From the NCBI GenBank assembly GCA_003336485.1, contig QENH01000200.1, positions 7,510 through 71,509 on the forward strand: 64,000 nt of DNA. The letters are read 5' to 3'. Positions within the stretch are counted from its first letter, which is position 1. Every line of letters starts with the position of its first letter. This DNA comes from Candidatus Methanophagales archaeon. GTDB taxonomy: Archaea; Halobacteriota; Syntropharchaeia; Alkanophagales; Methanospirareceae. The notes under the pieces are model-generated. The model was not told the origin of the DNA. It made no database searches and saw nothing but the letters and a program-made list of their open reading frames with translations. This document shows, piece after piece, positions 30,813 to 40,513 of this stretch. Made by a program: the position numbers and the translations under genes.

Positions 30813-30896
30813 AAATAGGTGGAAGTTATACTTCATATATGCACTGCTCGGCGCTCTCCGCGGTGATAAAACAGTATATTTTTAGACTGTGTTGGT

Positions 30897-32405
30897 TTAT
30901 CCTTTTATAACACCAATGGCTCTGAAAGCCGCTACTTTCTTCGCTATACCTGATACTTCACAACTTTGAACTACCACTTCCGGGTCTTTATAGGCTGCGG
31001 AAACTTCTTCCGCCAGCTCGCCATATTTGTCAAATTGGATACCTCTCTTCTTCCTCACATCTCGCTTTGTTCGTTCTCGTGTCTTCACTATTATATTCCG
31101 TTTCGCTAATTCCGCTTTCACTTCACTACCTCGGTATTGCCTCATTGCCGCTGTCCTGCTCATTTCTCTACCAGAGCCATGAGCACAACTTCCAAAAGTC
31201 TCATCTCTTGCTACGTTTGTGCCCACCGCCAAGAAACTGCGTGTGCCCATAGAGCCGGGAATTAACACCGGCTGGCCAACGTTTCTATAGATCGGTGGTA
31301 ATCGTTCGTCACCTGCGGGGAACGCCCGTGTCGCACCTTTTCGATGCACACACAACTTCTTACGCTTCCCGTCCACCACATGCTCTTCCTCTTTCGCTAT
31401 GTTATGTGCAATGTCGTACACCAGCCGAACTTCCATATCTTCCGCTTTTCTTCGTAGCACGTCTTCAAATACTTTTCTTGTCCAGTGGGTTGCGAGTTGC
31501 CTATTCGCAAAAGCGTAATTCGCACATGCGCACATCGAAACGAAATAATCCATACCCGTGTCACTGTTCAAATAAGCGCAAGCCAGTTCACGTTCTAAGC
31601 CGAGTATCTTTGATAACGTTGCATCCTTGTTCATCTCGCGTTCGAAATTCCGCAGATAGTAAGAGCAAACGCCGTGTGATAAGCCCCTGCCACCGGTATG
31701 GATCAAAACAGTTACCTGCCCCACCTCTTCTATTCCATACGCATTTGCAAGTTGCTCATCAAAGATCTCATCCACTACCTGCACCTCTAAAAAGTGATTC
31801 CCCGAACCGAGCGTACCTAACTGTGGCGAGCCCCGCTTCTTTGATTTCTCGTCTATCTTATCTATACTTGCTGCTTTTAATCTACCGCCCTCTTCTGTGC
31901 GCTCTATATCCTCTGGCCAGCCATAACCATTTTCAATGCACCATTTGGAACCACCCAATAGCACATCATCTAACTGACTATGCGACAACTTCACTTTCCC
32001 GGATAGTCCCAGCCCCGCGGGGATATAGTCAAATAAGCTGTCCAATATCTCGGACAAATGAGGCCTCACGTCACCCTCCTTCAGATTGGTGCGCATAAGC
32101 CTAACGCCACAGTTTATGTCGTATCCAACGCCACCGGGGGAAATGACACCGTCCTCGAAATCCGTAGCTGCAACGCCGCCTATCGGGAAGCCATAACCCT
32201 GGTGCCCATCGGGCATAACCAGAGAGTATTTCTCTATGCCTGGGAGCGAAGCGATATTGATTGTTTGTTGTAGCGTCAGGTCGCTTTTCAGCTTTTCCAA
32301 AAGCGCTTCTGCCGCATATACCCTTGCCGGCACTCGCATGTACTCTTTATATGATTGGGGTACTTCCCATACATCGTCCCTTATCTTTTTAAGCGGAATT
32401 GCCAT
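30897..32405 (-). CDS. rtcB: RNA-splicing ligase RtcB
   Basis: 502 aa with motifs GSGNHFLEV, the C-terminal HGSGR-type block (CAHGSGREMSR) and contiguous homology with no intein. Confidence 0.9.
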   Translation of the reverse strand: MAIPLKKIRDDVWEVPQSYKEYMRVPARVYAAEALLEKLKSDLTLQQTINIASLPGIEKYSLVMPDGHQGYGFPIGGVAATDFEDGVISPGGVGYDINCGVRLMRTNLKEGDVRPHLSEILDSLFDYIPAGLGLSGKVKLSHSQLDDVLLGGSKWCIENGYGWPEDIERTEEGGRLKAASIDKIDEKSKKRGSPQLGTLGSGNHFLEVQVVDEIFDEQLANAYGIEEVGQVTVLIHTGGRGLSHGVCSYYLRNFEREMNKDATLSKILGLERELACAYLNSDTGMDYFVSMCACANYAFANRQLATHWTRKVFEDVLRRKAEDMEVRLVYDIAHNIAKEEEHVVDGKRKKLCVHRKGATRAFPAGDERLPPIYRNVGQPVLIPGSMGTRSFLAVGTNVARDETFGSCAHGSGREMSRTAAMRQYRGSEVKAELAKRNIIVKTRERTKRDVRKKRGIQFDKYGELAEEVSAAYKDPEVVVQSCEVSGIAKKVAAFRAIGVIKG

Positions 32406-32514
32406 TTGAACCTTCCTCCCTATTTGTAATTACTGCGCATTAGTTTAAAAAATTTATGAAAAAAATAAGAGTCCGAAAAAAAATGGGACGCCATGCGAAC
32501 AAACCAAAACAAAA

Positions 32515-32886
32515 CTATGCGCCTGGCGGCTGTGTATCAGCACCTAAAGCTTCTCGTAACTGCTGCTGCAACTGCTGGTATCGCTTCTGTACACGCTCAT
32601 CCTGCCGTTCCAGCGTTTTCAATCGCAAGGCGTAGGTCTCTTTCTTCTCTGACAGTTCCACCTTTACTTCGTCCTTACCGGTTTTTATCATCAACATGCC
32701 AACATTTTTGTATATCGCTGTTTTTTCATCGTGCTTTTCCAATTCCTCTAACGCGTTTTCTGAGTCTTGCAACATAGCCTCCACCTGCATCTTCTGCCTG
32801 CCCGCGGCTTCTATTTGAACCTTAAGCTGCTGAAGCTGAGCAAGCTGGTTCTGTAACTGCGGTGGCATCTCTCCACTTCCACTCAT
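32515..32886 (-). CDS. pfdB: Prefoldin subunit beta
   Basis: 123 aa of coiled coil, starting QLQNQLAQLQQLK and ending QQQLREAL. Typical archaeal PfdB. Confidence 0.75.
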   Translation of the reverse strand: MSGSGEMPPQLQNQLAQLQQLKVQIEAAGRQKMQVEAMLQDSENALEELEKHDEKTAIYKNVGMLMIKTGKDEVKVELSEKKETYALRLKTLERQDERVQKRYQQLQQQLREALGADTQPPGA

Positions 32887-32980
32887 CTTATTTATTATCC
32901 CCTCATTTACCGTATGTCATTATTTATTTACGATTTTAGTTAAACTATTACTTTTCAGTCCTTATAAGTATAAATACATC

Positions 32981-34381
32981 ATGACCGAAGAAAGAGAGAA
33001 AGTAGGAGTATTAGTTATTTCTTATGGCTCACGAGCGGCTGCGCTAATAGATGCACTGAGCAGAAGTGCGAGTTATGACGCGCGTTTGTTTGTTGCGGAC
33101 AAGCAAAGGAACCCGTTTAACGTGTCACATGCCGAGAAGCACGTGGTCATCCCAGATCTGGATGTGGAGAAGATATGTGAGTTCGTGGAGGCGAATAAAA
33201 GCAGCATAGATTTCGGGATTTGCGGCCCAGAGAAGCCAATAATTGCCGGTGTTCGGGATCTGGTAGAGCATAAGACAGGAGTGCCAATGATATGTCCGAC
33301 GAAGAGATATGCAATAGAAGGAAGCAAAGCATCGCAACGGTATCTGATTGAGGATTGTTGTGCAGAGGCGAATCCTAAATTCAAAGTCTTTCATCATGCG
33401 GATTATAAGAGCGTAAGTGAAGTGAAAGATGCGGTATGGGCATTTTTAGACGAGTTTGGCGATGAAGTGGCAGTGAAGCCAGATAAGCCCGCTGCGGGTA
33501 AGGGCGTGGGGGTCTGGGGCGACCACTTCACCTGTCGGGAGCACCTTTTCACACATTTCCGATCCATTTTTGAGAGTGGTAGTGACGTGATATTAGAGGA
33601 GCGAGTAGAGGGCGAAGAATCGAGCTTTCAGGCGTTCTGTGATGGTAAAAGGCTCCTCGCTCTACCGGACACAAGGGATTATAAACGCGCTTTCGATTCC
33701 GATTTGGGCCCAAATACGGGTGGTATGGGCGCTTATAAGGACACTACCGATTGGCTGCCGTTTATGGATGAACGTGATCGTGAAGAGGAGGTGCTTTTGG
33801 TTCAGAAGATATTCAACAAATTGAGGGGTAACGGAAGCAATGACGAGCTTAGGGGTATACCGCTTTATGTCGCTTTTATGCATACTCGAGACGGTGCGAA
33901 GATACTAGAGATAAACAGTCGACCGGGCGACCCCGAAATAATGGGTTTATTGCCGGTTTTGGAGAACGATTTTGTGGATCTCTGCTTTCGTATGATAGAA
34001 GGGACTCTTTCACGGCTCGAATGTGCGAATAAAGCAACAGTGGTGACGTATGCAGTGCCGATGGATTATGGCGGTTACCGTAAAAAAGATAGCGGCGATA
34101 AAAGGGTGGATTTGAGTGCGGCCTATGCGTTGCAGGATACTTATGGTGATCATTTGCGGGTCTATCCCGGGTCTATGGAGTTACGTGCAGATGGAAATAC
34201 ATACGCGCTTGGATCACGAACTGTTTGCACCGTGGGCGTTGGTGAGACGATGGAAGATGCGAGGGAACTATCGCTGGAAGGGATTAGGAATATAGATGGT
34301 GCGTTGTGGAACCGGTGGGACGTGGGAGCTGCACATTACATAGAGCGGAACATAAAGAAGATGCGGGAGTTGCGTGGATAA
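32981..34381 (+). CDS. ATP-grasp enzyme of the phosphoribosylamine--glycine ligase (PurD) family, divergent
   Basis: The N-terminus VLVISYGSRAAALIDAL parallels PurD VLVVGSGGREHA. Other matches are GPEKPIIAGVRD and the ATP-grasp segment VAVKPDKPAAGKGVGVW. At 466 aa it is longer than canonical PurD. Confidence 0.5.
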   Translation: MTEEREKVGVLVISYGSRAAALIDALSRSASYDARLFVADKQRNPFNVSHAEKHVVIPDLDVEKICEFVEANKSSIDFGICGPEKPIIAGVRDLVEHKTGVPMICPTKRYAIEGSKASQRYLIEDCCAEANPKFKVFHHADYKSVSEVKDAVWAFLDEFGDEVAVKPDKPAAGKGVGVWGDHFTCREHLFTHFRSIFESGSDVILEERVEGEESSFQAFCDGKRLLALPDTRDYKRAFDSDLGPNTGGMGAYKDTTDWLPFMDERDREEEVLLVQKIFNKLRGNGSNDELRGIPLYVAFMHTRDGAKILEINSRPGDPEIMGLLPVLENDFVDLCFRMIEGTLSRLECANKATVVTYAVPMDYGGYRKKDSGDKRVDLSAAYALQDTYGDHLRVYPGSMELRADGNTYALGSRTVCTVGVGETMEDARELSLEGIRNIDGALWNRWDVGAAHYIERNIKKMRELRG

Positions 34382-34422
34382 TAAACAAAAACAAAGATAC
34401 TAAATAACTAAAGAGTGCTGAA

Positions 34423-35148
34423 ATGTGGTACTTTTACATTATAATCGGTTTACTTGTCTTTTTTGCTTTTACCGTAAGAGTTATTACCGGTTTTGGTTCT
34501 GCAATGATTTTAACACCGGTTTTATCACTCTTTTTAGGCCCGAAGAACGCGGTTATCATTAGTATACTCATGGAAAGTGTAATGGCGGTGGTTTTTATAG
34601 TAAAAGAGAAGCTTAATTTCGAGATAAGGCAGATTTTTAGCGGCGGTATAGTGGGAATAATTGTAGGCATAATATTGTTTGGGTTATTACCGACACGAAT
34701 ATTGGGGTTGATTATAGGAATAAGTGTTCTTACGTTTTCCGTCATCTTTCTCCTGAATATAAACTTCCGAACGAAAAGGGAGGGGCTGCTATTTACCGTT
34801 CTTGGGTTAATAAGTGGTTCTATGGGTGTCTTGACGGGAATAAATGGGCCACCAATCGTTTTTGGTTTGGTAAATCAGCAATATGATGCAACATTCATAA
34901 GAAGATGCTTGATTACTTATTTAATTGTGATAGATATTATTACTTTGGCTTCATTTTCGATTTCCGGGTATGTAACGGTTGATCTAGTTCTACTTCTGAT
35001 TTATTCCATTCCTTTCATTCTTATCGCTTATGTGGTTGGGAAATATATATTGACTTTCACAGATCCGGAGAAGTTGAAACGAATTATTCTCTTTACTACT
35101 CTTTTCGTGGGAATCATTGCAATTTGGAAGTTCTTACCGTGGTGGTAG
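34423..35148 (+). CDS. TauE/SafE family sulfite/anion exporter membrane protein
   Basis: 241 aa. It has two repeated halves with the G-rich TM motifs typical of TauE/SafE (GFGSAMILTPVL...). Confidence 0.65.
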   Translation: MWYFYIIIGLLVFFAFTVRVITGFGSAMILTPVLSLFLGPKNAVIISILMESVMAVVFIVKEKLNFEIRQIFSGGIVGIIVGIILFGLLPTRILGLIIGISVLTFSVIFLLNINFRTKREGLLFTVLGLISGSMGVLTGINGPPIVFGLVNQQYDATFIRRCLITYLIVIDIITLASFSISGYVTVDLVLLLIYSIPFILIAYVVGKYILTFTDPEKLKRIILFTTLFVGIIAIWKFLPWW

Positions 35149-35276
35149 GTGCGTTTCTTTAGATTCTTCAGAAAAGCGAATCTACCCCTGCCAAAATCAT
35201 TTATCGCATTCTTTGAAACCGCAATAACAGCCTTTCCTATACGAATTTATATTGATACTCCGTATTTACTAAGTGT

Positions 35277-35816
35277 ATGAAGATCGCATGGGGGATTACA
35301 GGTGCAGGAGACCACATGACCGAATGTGTGACTTTTATGAGGCTGCTTAGCAAGAAGTACAACTTAGATGTTCATGTCTATCCCTCAAAAGAGGGCGTTG
35401 TAGTTTTGAAGTACTATAATCTCTTAAAAGAAGTTAAAGATAATTTCTCAAAGCTGAGCCCCGAAAAAGGGCCAAACGCACCGTTCATAGCAGGGAAAAT
35501 AGCGTTAGGCACTTACGAATTCTTTTTAATCGCACCCGCTACTGCAAATACAGTGGCAAAGATGGCATATGGTATTGCGGATTCGCTTATTACTAATTCT
35601 GCTGCACAGGCCATGAAGGCGAACGTGCCGGTGTATATCTTCCCCGTAGACCAGAAAGAGGGCGAAATAATGACTACGCTACCTGATGGTAGGGCTTTAA
35701 AGTTAAGAATTCGGAAAGAGGATGCCGATAATGTAGAGACGTTACGGGGGATGCGTGGCATCAATGTTTTAAGCCGGGTACATGAGGTAAAAGATGTGGT
35801 GGAGCAGCATAGCTGA
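35277..35816 (+). CDS. Flavoprotein (archaeoflavoprotein AfpA / CoaC-like flavin-binding fold)
   Basis: The N-terminus KIAWGITGAGD matches the flavoprotein family (PF02441-like), and a PATANT-like segment (APATANTVAKMAYGIAD) follows. Confidence 0.6.
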   Translation: MKIAWGITGAGDHMTECVTFMRLLSKKYNLDVHVYPSKEGVVVLKYYNLLKEVKDNFSKLSPEKGPNAPFIAGKIALGTYEFFLIAPATANTVAKMAYGIADSLITNSAAQAMKANVPVYIFPVDQKEGEIMTTLPDGRALKLRIRKEDADNVETLRGMRGINVLSRVHEVKDVVEQHS

Positions 35817-35872
35817 TTAGTCTATGGAGACCACAGTTAGTTGCCGACTCCGAGAATCTATTTGATCTTTTA

Positions 35873-36274
35873 TTATTGCGCTTTGGTTCTCACGCCATAT
35901 TTGGCATACATGTAAAGCGCTATCTCAAGGGTAACATGTAAATCTCTCTCCTCGAGCGGTTTGAGTACATAGCCATAAGGCTCTGTTATCTTTGCTCGTT
36001 GTACTGTCTCGTCATCCGCATAAGCAGTGAGATATACGACAGGGATTTTGAAGCGAGTGCGAATCTGATCTGCTGCTTCTATACCGTCCATGCCATCTTT
36101 CAGCACAATATCCATCAATACTAAATCAGGCTTCATCTCTCCTGCCTTTCCTATAGCTTCTTCTCCTGTAGATGCTATCGCAGGTACCGTGTATCCCCAA
36201 GTCACCAACAGATCTTTTAGATCCTTTGCAAAAAGGACCTCATCCTCAACAATCATTATATTTGCTTCTGCCAT
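35873..36274 (-). CDS. Stand-alone response regulator receiver (CheY-like) domain protein
   Basis: 133 aa with an acidic pocket (IMIVEDE), the phospho-acceptor DLVLMDIVL and the K-containing YVLKP. Confidence 0.8.
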   Translation of the reverse strand: MAEANIMIVEDEVLFAKDLKDLLVTWGYTVPAIASTGEEAIGKAGEMKPDLVLMDIVLKDGMDGIEAADQIRTRFKIPVVYLTAYADDETVQRAKITEPYGYVLKPLEERDLHVTLEIALYMYAKYGVRTKAQ

Positions 36275-36388
36275 TTTTTTATCCCCCCTTTATTTTAGCT
36301 TGGTATTATAACGCTAACTTTCTATTCTATTGTGTAGCATAGTATATAAAACTACCCTACTTAAAATTTGTATATTGAAAACATCGTA

Positions 36389-36568
36389 TTACTCTTCCTT
36401 ATTTTTCCCAGTTTCAATCTCCTTCTTTATCGCCGCTGCTATTTCCGGATCGTCTTCTTCTATTATGAAAACACCCCGATAACCACAATCCCGGCATTCA
36501 TATATCTCGCCAAGCCAGGGCTCATAGTTCAACTCCTCAGAGCCACATTTCGGACAGATTTTCATCTT
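36389..36568 (-). CDS. Small zinc-ribbon protein (59 aa), absent from the ORF track
   Basis: Own translation: MKICPKCGSEELNYEPWLGEIYECRDCGYRGVFIIEEDDPEIAAAIKKEIETGKNKEE. It has two CxxC pairs, and its ATG directly abuts the tpiA stop on the same strand. Confidence 0.5.
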   Translation of the reverse strand, partial: KMKICPKCGSEELNYEPWLGEIYECRDCGYRGVFIIEEDDPEIAAAIKKEIETGKNKEE

Positions 36569-37249
36569 CTACACCCCCGACACCAGGTCCAACAATGCCG
36601 CCCTTGGATCCTTTGCCTTCACTACGCCAGAAGCCAGCAGCACACCGTCTGCGCCTAACTCTATCGCCGCTTTTACATCCTCGCCATTTGTTACTCCTGC
36701 GCCGCAAAGCACAACACAGTCCGCATATACTCGTTTCACTTCTTTCACCGTTTCTTCTACTATCCCCGGATCCTCCTTTGATACGGATCTGCCGCTACCG
36801 ATCAACTCCGGCGGTTCCACTGCGACTGCGTACGGTTTCAGTTCCGCAACCGCTTTACTCACCGCGATATTATTCGTGCAGACTATCGTTGGAAGGTCTA
36901 AGCTTGCTGCTTTACCTATGATGAACTCAATATCCGCGATTTTCAGCCGGTGCTCTGAATGATTCACGAGTGTGCCCGTAGCGCCCGCCGCCTTTATTGA
37001 CTCCAGCGTTACAAAGCCAGTATGACTGCCCGGTTCCACTGCCTCAACGTGCTGTGCGAAACACGGAATCTTCACTGACGATGCTATCTTCGCAAGTTCC
37101 ACCTGCTGTGGGCAGATGACAATACTCATATCCTGCTCTGCTGCAACAGCCTCGCATATTTTGGCGAGTTTTAGACCCTTAGCCCCTGCAGATTCTAGGT
37201 AGGTCTTTTCGTTTAGCACGATTACCGGCAGATCTATTTTTCTTCCCAT
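36569..37249 (-). CDS. tpiA: Triosephosphate isomerase (archaeal short form)
   Basis: 226 aa. The sequence IVLNEKTY...VICPQ...NHSEHRL...LVCTNN...AVEPPELIG matches archaeal TIM. Confidence 0.85.
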   Translation of the reverse strand: MGRKIDLPVIVLNEKTYLESAGAKGLKLAKICEAVAAEQDMSIVICPQQVELAKIASSVKIPCFAQHVEAVEPGSHTGFVTLESIKAAGATGTLVNHSEHRLKIADIEFIIGKAASLDLPTIVCTNNIAVSKAVAELKPYAVAVEPPELIGSGRSVSKEDPGIVEETVKEVKRVYADCVVLCGAGVTNGEDVKAAIELGADGVLLASGVVKAKDPRAALLDLVSGV

Positions 37250-37318
37250 AATTAATTATTCTTTCACTTATCTCCTTTCTTTGATAGGTATACACTAACT
37301 AAATGTACGTTTTTTATT

Positions 37319-38020
37319 TCATATAACTTGTTTCAGTTCTCCGATATTAAGCACAGAAAACGTGGGTTTCGATTCATACTTTAGCCCCTTGTCCGCGTCC
37401 GCGTTATCGATAAGCACGGAATCAATACCGGCCCGATTTGCCGCTAATATCCCTACCGTGCTGTCATCTACTAGTATCACGTCAGCCCTACGCATATTCA
37501 ATTCACTCAGGACCTTATTAATGTAATAAGGGCTGGGCTTCCTCTTTGCCAGACTTGGCAAATCGCTACTCCGTCCATACCATATTTTGAAGTGCGGTTT
37601 CAAGTGGAAATGCGCAAGTGCATAGTCCACACACGCCTGTTGTGAATCGCTCACCACGGCAAGATAAAATTGTCCGCTGAGATAGTTTATTATCGCCTCG
37701 GATCCGTCGCATAGTTTTATCTTGCCTGTTCGCATCGCTTCTATCTTCGCTTCTATGACGTCCGCCTCCCGCCGTGCCCAGAACTCTTCTGTATCTAATC
37801 CGAACCTATTACAAAATCGTCTCACGCCTGCTTCGCCATCGGAATGCAGAGGCGCGAGAAATAAACTATCTATCTCCGTCATGGAGAGAGATAGCCCATA
37901 ATGCCGCAAAGTTTTTCTGAATGCTTCATAGGCCCACTCATGTGCTATCGCCCTTACACCCCTCGAATTCAGAAGCGTTTCGTCCATATCGAAGATGACT
38001 GTCTTATATCTATTCACCAT
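37319..38020 (-). CDS. HAD superfamily hydrolase
   Basis: Motif I VIFDMDETL at the N-terminus and the C-terminal VDDS-type motif (ILVDDSTVGILAA). Confidence 0.7.
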   Translation of the reverse strand: MVNRYKTVIFDMDETLLNSRGVRAIAHEWAYEAFRKTLRHYGLSLSMTEIDSLFLAPLHSDGEAGVRRFCNRFGLDTEEFWARREADVIEAKIEAMRTGKIKLCDGSEAIINYLSGQFYLAVVSDSQQACVDYALAHFHLKPHFKIWYGRSSDLPSLAKRKPSPYYINKVLSELNMRRADVILVDDSTVGILAANRAGIDSVLIDNADADKGLKYESKPTFSVLNIGELKQVI

Positions 38021-38102
38021 ATAACTACATAAGTAGTATACAGGAAGTTATAACCCATAAAAATTTATTACGAATGAAACGAAAGAAGGAGAAAGTGCAA
38101 AA

Positions 38103-38519
38103 ATGAGTGTCGAAACGAAGGAACTGCATTTTGATACACAAGGCGAAGTGGAAATAATAAACATAACGGGGAAGGTGAACGGTAAATTAAGAGAATCTGC
38201 GATTGAGGACGGTATTGTAACTGTCTTCGTGCCTGGTGCGACGGGAGCGATCACAACAATAGAATACGAGCCCGGTCTGCTGCAGGATTTACCCACCGCC
38301 TTGGAACGGTTATTTCCTAAGGGTATTGGATACGAGCATGAATATAGATGGCATGACGGTAACGGGCATTCGCACGTAAGAGCATCTTTCTTAGGCCCGT
38401 CTTTGACCGTGCCCTTCAGAGCGAAAAAGCTCATGCTGGGAACGTGGCAGCAAGTGATATTTATCGAGCTGGACAATAAGAGGCGGTCAAGAAGAATAAT
38501 CCTTCAGATAATCGGGTAG
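38103..38519 (+). CDS. YjbQ/UPF0047 family protein (secondary thiamine-phosphate synthase-like)
   Basis: 138 aa. DITxxV-like and HVRASFLGPSLTVP motifs are characteristic of the YjbQ family. Confidence 0.75.
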   Translation: MSVETKELHFDTQGEVEIINITGKVNGKLRESAIEDGIVTVFVPGATGAITTIEYEPGLLQDLPTALERLFPKGIGYEHEYRWHDGNGHSHVRASFLGPSLTVPFRAKKLMLGTWQQVIFIELDNKRRSRRIILQIIG

Positions 38520-38940
38520 CGAGATATACGAGAAGGGCAATTGTCGCCTGAAGACATGGGGTAATCATGTTAAAAATATCAAAATGATCCACCAGCAGAT
38601 ACTCGCAATATTTTTAAAATCTCTCGGTAATTCTTTTCTCGCCCCACCCGGAACAAAACCCTGATAAAATCGCGGTAATCGGTGATGAATCTTGCCCTGA
38701 TTAAGATATTCGTCACTTCTTCCTCTTCTTTTCCGCTTATCCTAAATCATATCTCCTTTATATTCTCTTAATACTCTCGTTGTTATTTGATAGCCCCATG
38801 AACACAATAATCGCAAACATAGCCATTATAACCACTATCTTCACACCGCTATTTTTTCTTCTTATCCCTCTACTTCTAACCACGATGCAATCGCTTTTAG
38901 TGAATCAAGTGCAGTTTTAGATCGCTAAAATCTAATAATA

Positions 38941-39357
38941 TTGATGTTCTCGTTCTCAAGCGCGAAACCGAGTTCGATAAAAGATGGACGTGTGGAAGGC
39001 GATATTCAAAACTTCCTCAGACGATGTAAGGAGCATCCGATTTATACCTTTTCCTGTTTGATGCTTCTAATCTTGCTTTTTTGGGTAATTGGTTATTATA
39101 GCTGGGATTTGTTGTGGAATGTTTGTGCATTCGTCACAATGCTACCGATCCTTTCGGTATTTGCATTGATATTGAATATTTTCTTTGTTGAGTTTGTGCA
39201 TCGGCTCGATAATACGCTGAAAATGTACAAAATTCTGCCCATCGTAGCTTTTTGGGGGCGTTATTTCCTGACTGCACAATTTACCGCTAATCAATATCTG
39301 ATTAATGGTGTGAGTGTAGGGCTATTAGAGGGGGTGTTAAAGGTTGTTTCTAAATAA
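38941..39357 (+). CDS. Hypothetical membrane protein
   Basis: 138 aa with two or three hydrophobic helices and no recognisable motif. Confidence 0.3.
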   Translation: MMFSFSSAKPSSIKDGRVEGDIQNFLRRCKEHPIYTFSCLMLLILLFWVIGYYSWDLLWNVCAFVTMLPILSVFALILNIFFVEFVHRLDNTLKMYKILPIVAFWGRYFLTAQFTANQYLINGVSVGLLEGVLKVVSK

Positions 39358-39366
39358 AATGTAGGA

Positions 39367-40503
39367 CTACCTTTTTCGTCCTACCAGATATGCTACTGCT
39401 AATAGCCCTGCAATAGCGAATACCATTTCAAACCCTATTGTTTCCCTTGGACTAGGTGTGGCCATTGTCCTGGTTGTCGCAGGTGTAGAAATTAGATCCA
39501 CTTTAACAGGAAGCATTATGCTTTTATATTCCGCAGTTGACTTATCTCCTCCAAAATAATAACAAATATCGCTCTCAACATTGAACACACCAACTTGATT
39601 CGTTTTTATGCCCACCCCGATATGTCTTTCCTTTCCCGGTTCTACGGTATAATTAGCTGTATACATACCTGCTCCAGATTCTATAAATTCTATGGATGTA
39701 ATGCTCATTCCTGATGGGACTTTTAGTATCAGTTGCAAAGTCATCGTTGGCTTTGTTATTAGATTGACCGCAGAAAGAGATAATAGAATATCTTCTCCAA
39801 CAGTGACATCTGTCTTTTCTCCATGGAGATAAACACTTGGTTCTCCGGGTTTGGGAGTTGGTGGCGGGGTCTCAGTTGGTGTTTCTGTTGGCATAGAAGT
39901 GTATGTTGATGCCTGTGTGGACGTAGTTATTGTTGGAGTTGGTATGTAGGAGGGGGTAGGTGTTATAAATGGCGTGGGACTCGGTGCTTGTAAGTGGAAA
40001 GGAGTAATAGTAGGTAAATGTTTTGGTGAAGGAGTTATAGCAGGAGTTGGACTTGGTGAAGGTGTTGGTGAAAGTATTGGTGAAGGTGTTATGGTAGGAG
40101 TTGGACTTAGTGTGGGTGTTGGTGAAGGTGTTGGCGAAGGTGTTGGCGAAGGTGTCAATACCTTATAACTCACGGAGATAGTTTTTGTAGCGGTATCACC
40201 AGCATTATCAGTTGCTTCCACTTTTATTATATTGGTGTTGGGGTTTAACGAAATGGTTTTACTCCAGAAAGATGTGCCTGATGCAAGCTCTCCGTTGACC
40301 AGGACACCCTCAATTACTGCTCCCGGAGAAGTGGGGAATGCTGTACCAGAAACCGTTATGGTACCCGTAATCACTTCTGCCTCATCTTCAGGTGTAGCTA
40401 TTTCCAACAAAGGAGCACTTGCAAGCACGGATGTCAAAGAATATATAAGTAAGAAAATGCTGATAGGTACTATAATGAAACCCCTCAAACCTATCCTTTT
40501 CAT
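39367..40503 (-). CDS. PGF-CTERM-anchored surface protein with a Pro/Thr/Ser-rich linker
   Basis: - Start placed at [19 protein letters not shown] (signal/TM).
- Long TPSPTPSP linker.
- C-terminal [23 protein letters not shown], a PGF-CTERM archaeosortase A sorting signal. Confidence 0.7.
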   Translation of the reverse strand: MKRIGLRGFIIVPISIFLLIYSLTSVLASAPLLEIATPEDEAEVITGTITVSGTAFPTSPGAVIEGVLVNGELASGTSFWSKTISLNPNTNIIKVEATDNAGDTATKTISVSYKVLTPSPTPSPTPSPTPTLSPTPTITPSPILSPTPSPSPTPAITPSPKHLPTITPFHLQAPSPTPFITPTPSYIPTPTITTSTQASTYTSMPTETPTETPPPTPKPGEPSVYLHGEKTDVTVGEDILLSLSAVNLITKPTMTLQLILKVPSGMSITSIEFIESGAGMYTANYTVEPGKERHIGVGIKTNQVGVFNVESDICYYFGGDKSTAEYKSIMLPVKVDLISTPATTRTMATPSPRETIGFEMVFAIAGLLAVAYLVGRKR

Positions 40504-40513
40504 GCCAACCTCT

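Noticed and set aside
30897-32405. Possible intein in RtcB, as seen in some archaeal RtcB genes
   Set aside because: The 502-aa product is contiguous with canonical RtcB spacing, and it contains no endonuclease-like insert and no C-terminal HN splice junction.
36368-36658. Plus-strand 96-aa ORF
   Set aside because: It is antisense to the minus-strand zinc-ribbon ORF and the 3' end of tpiA, and its translation is low-complexity.
38520-38940. 420-bp intergenic region examined for a ncRNA or mobile element, including a weak third copy of the 30.7 kb element at ~38660
   Set aside because: Only a short 9-12-nt resemblance was found (GGTAATCGG...GATGAA), with no inverted termini and no GGAGGAG core. 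This is insufficient to call, so it is mentioned only as a possibility under the repeat-element finding.
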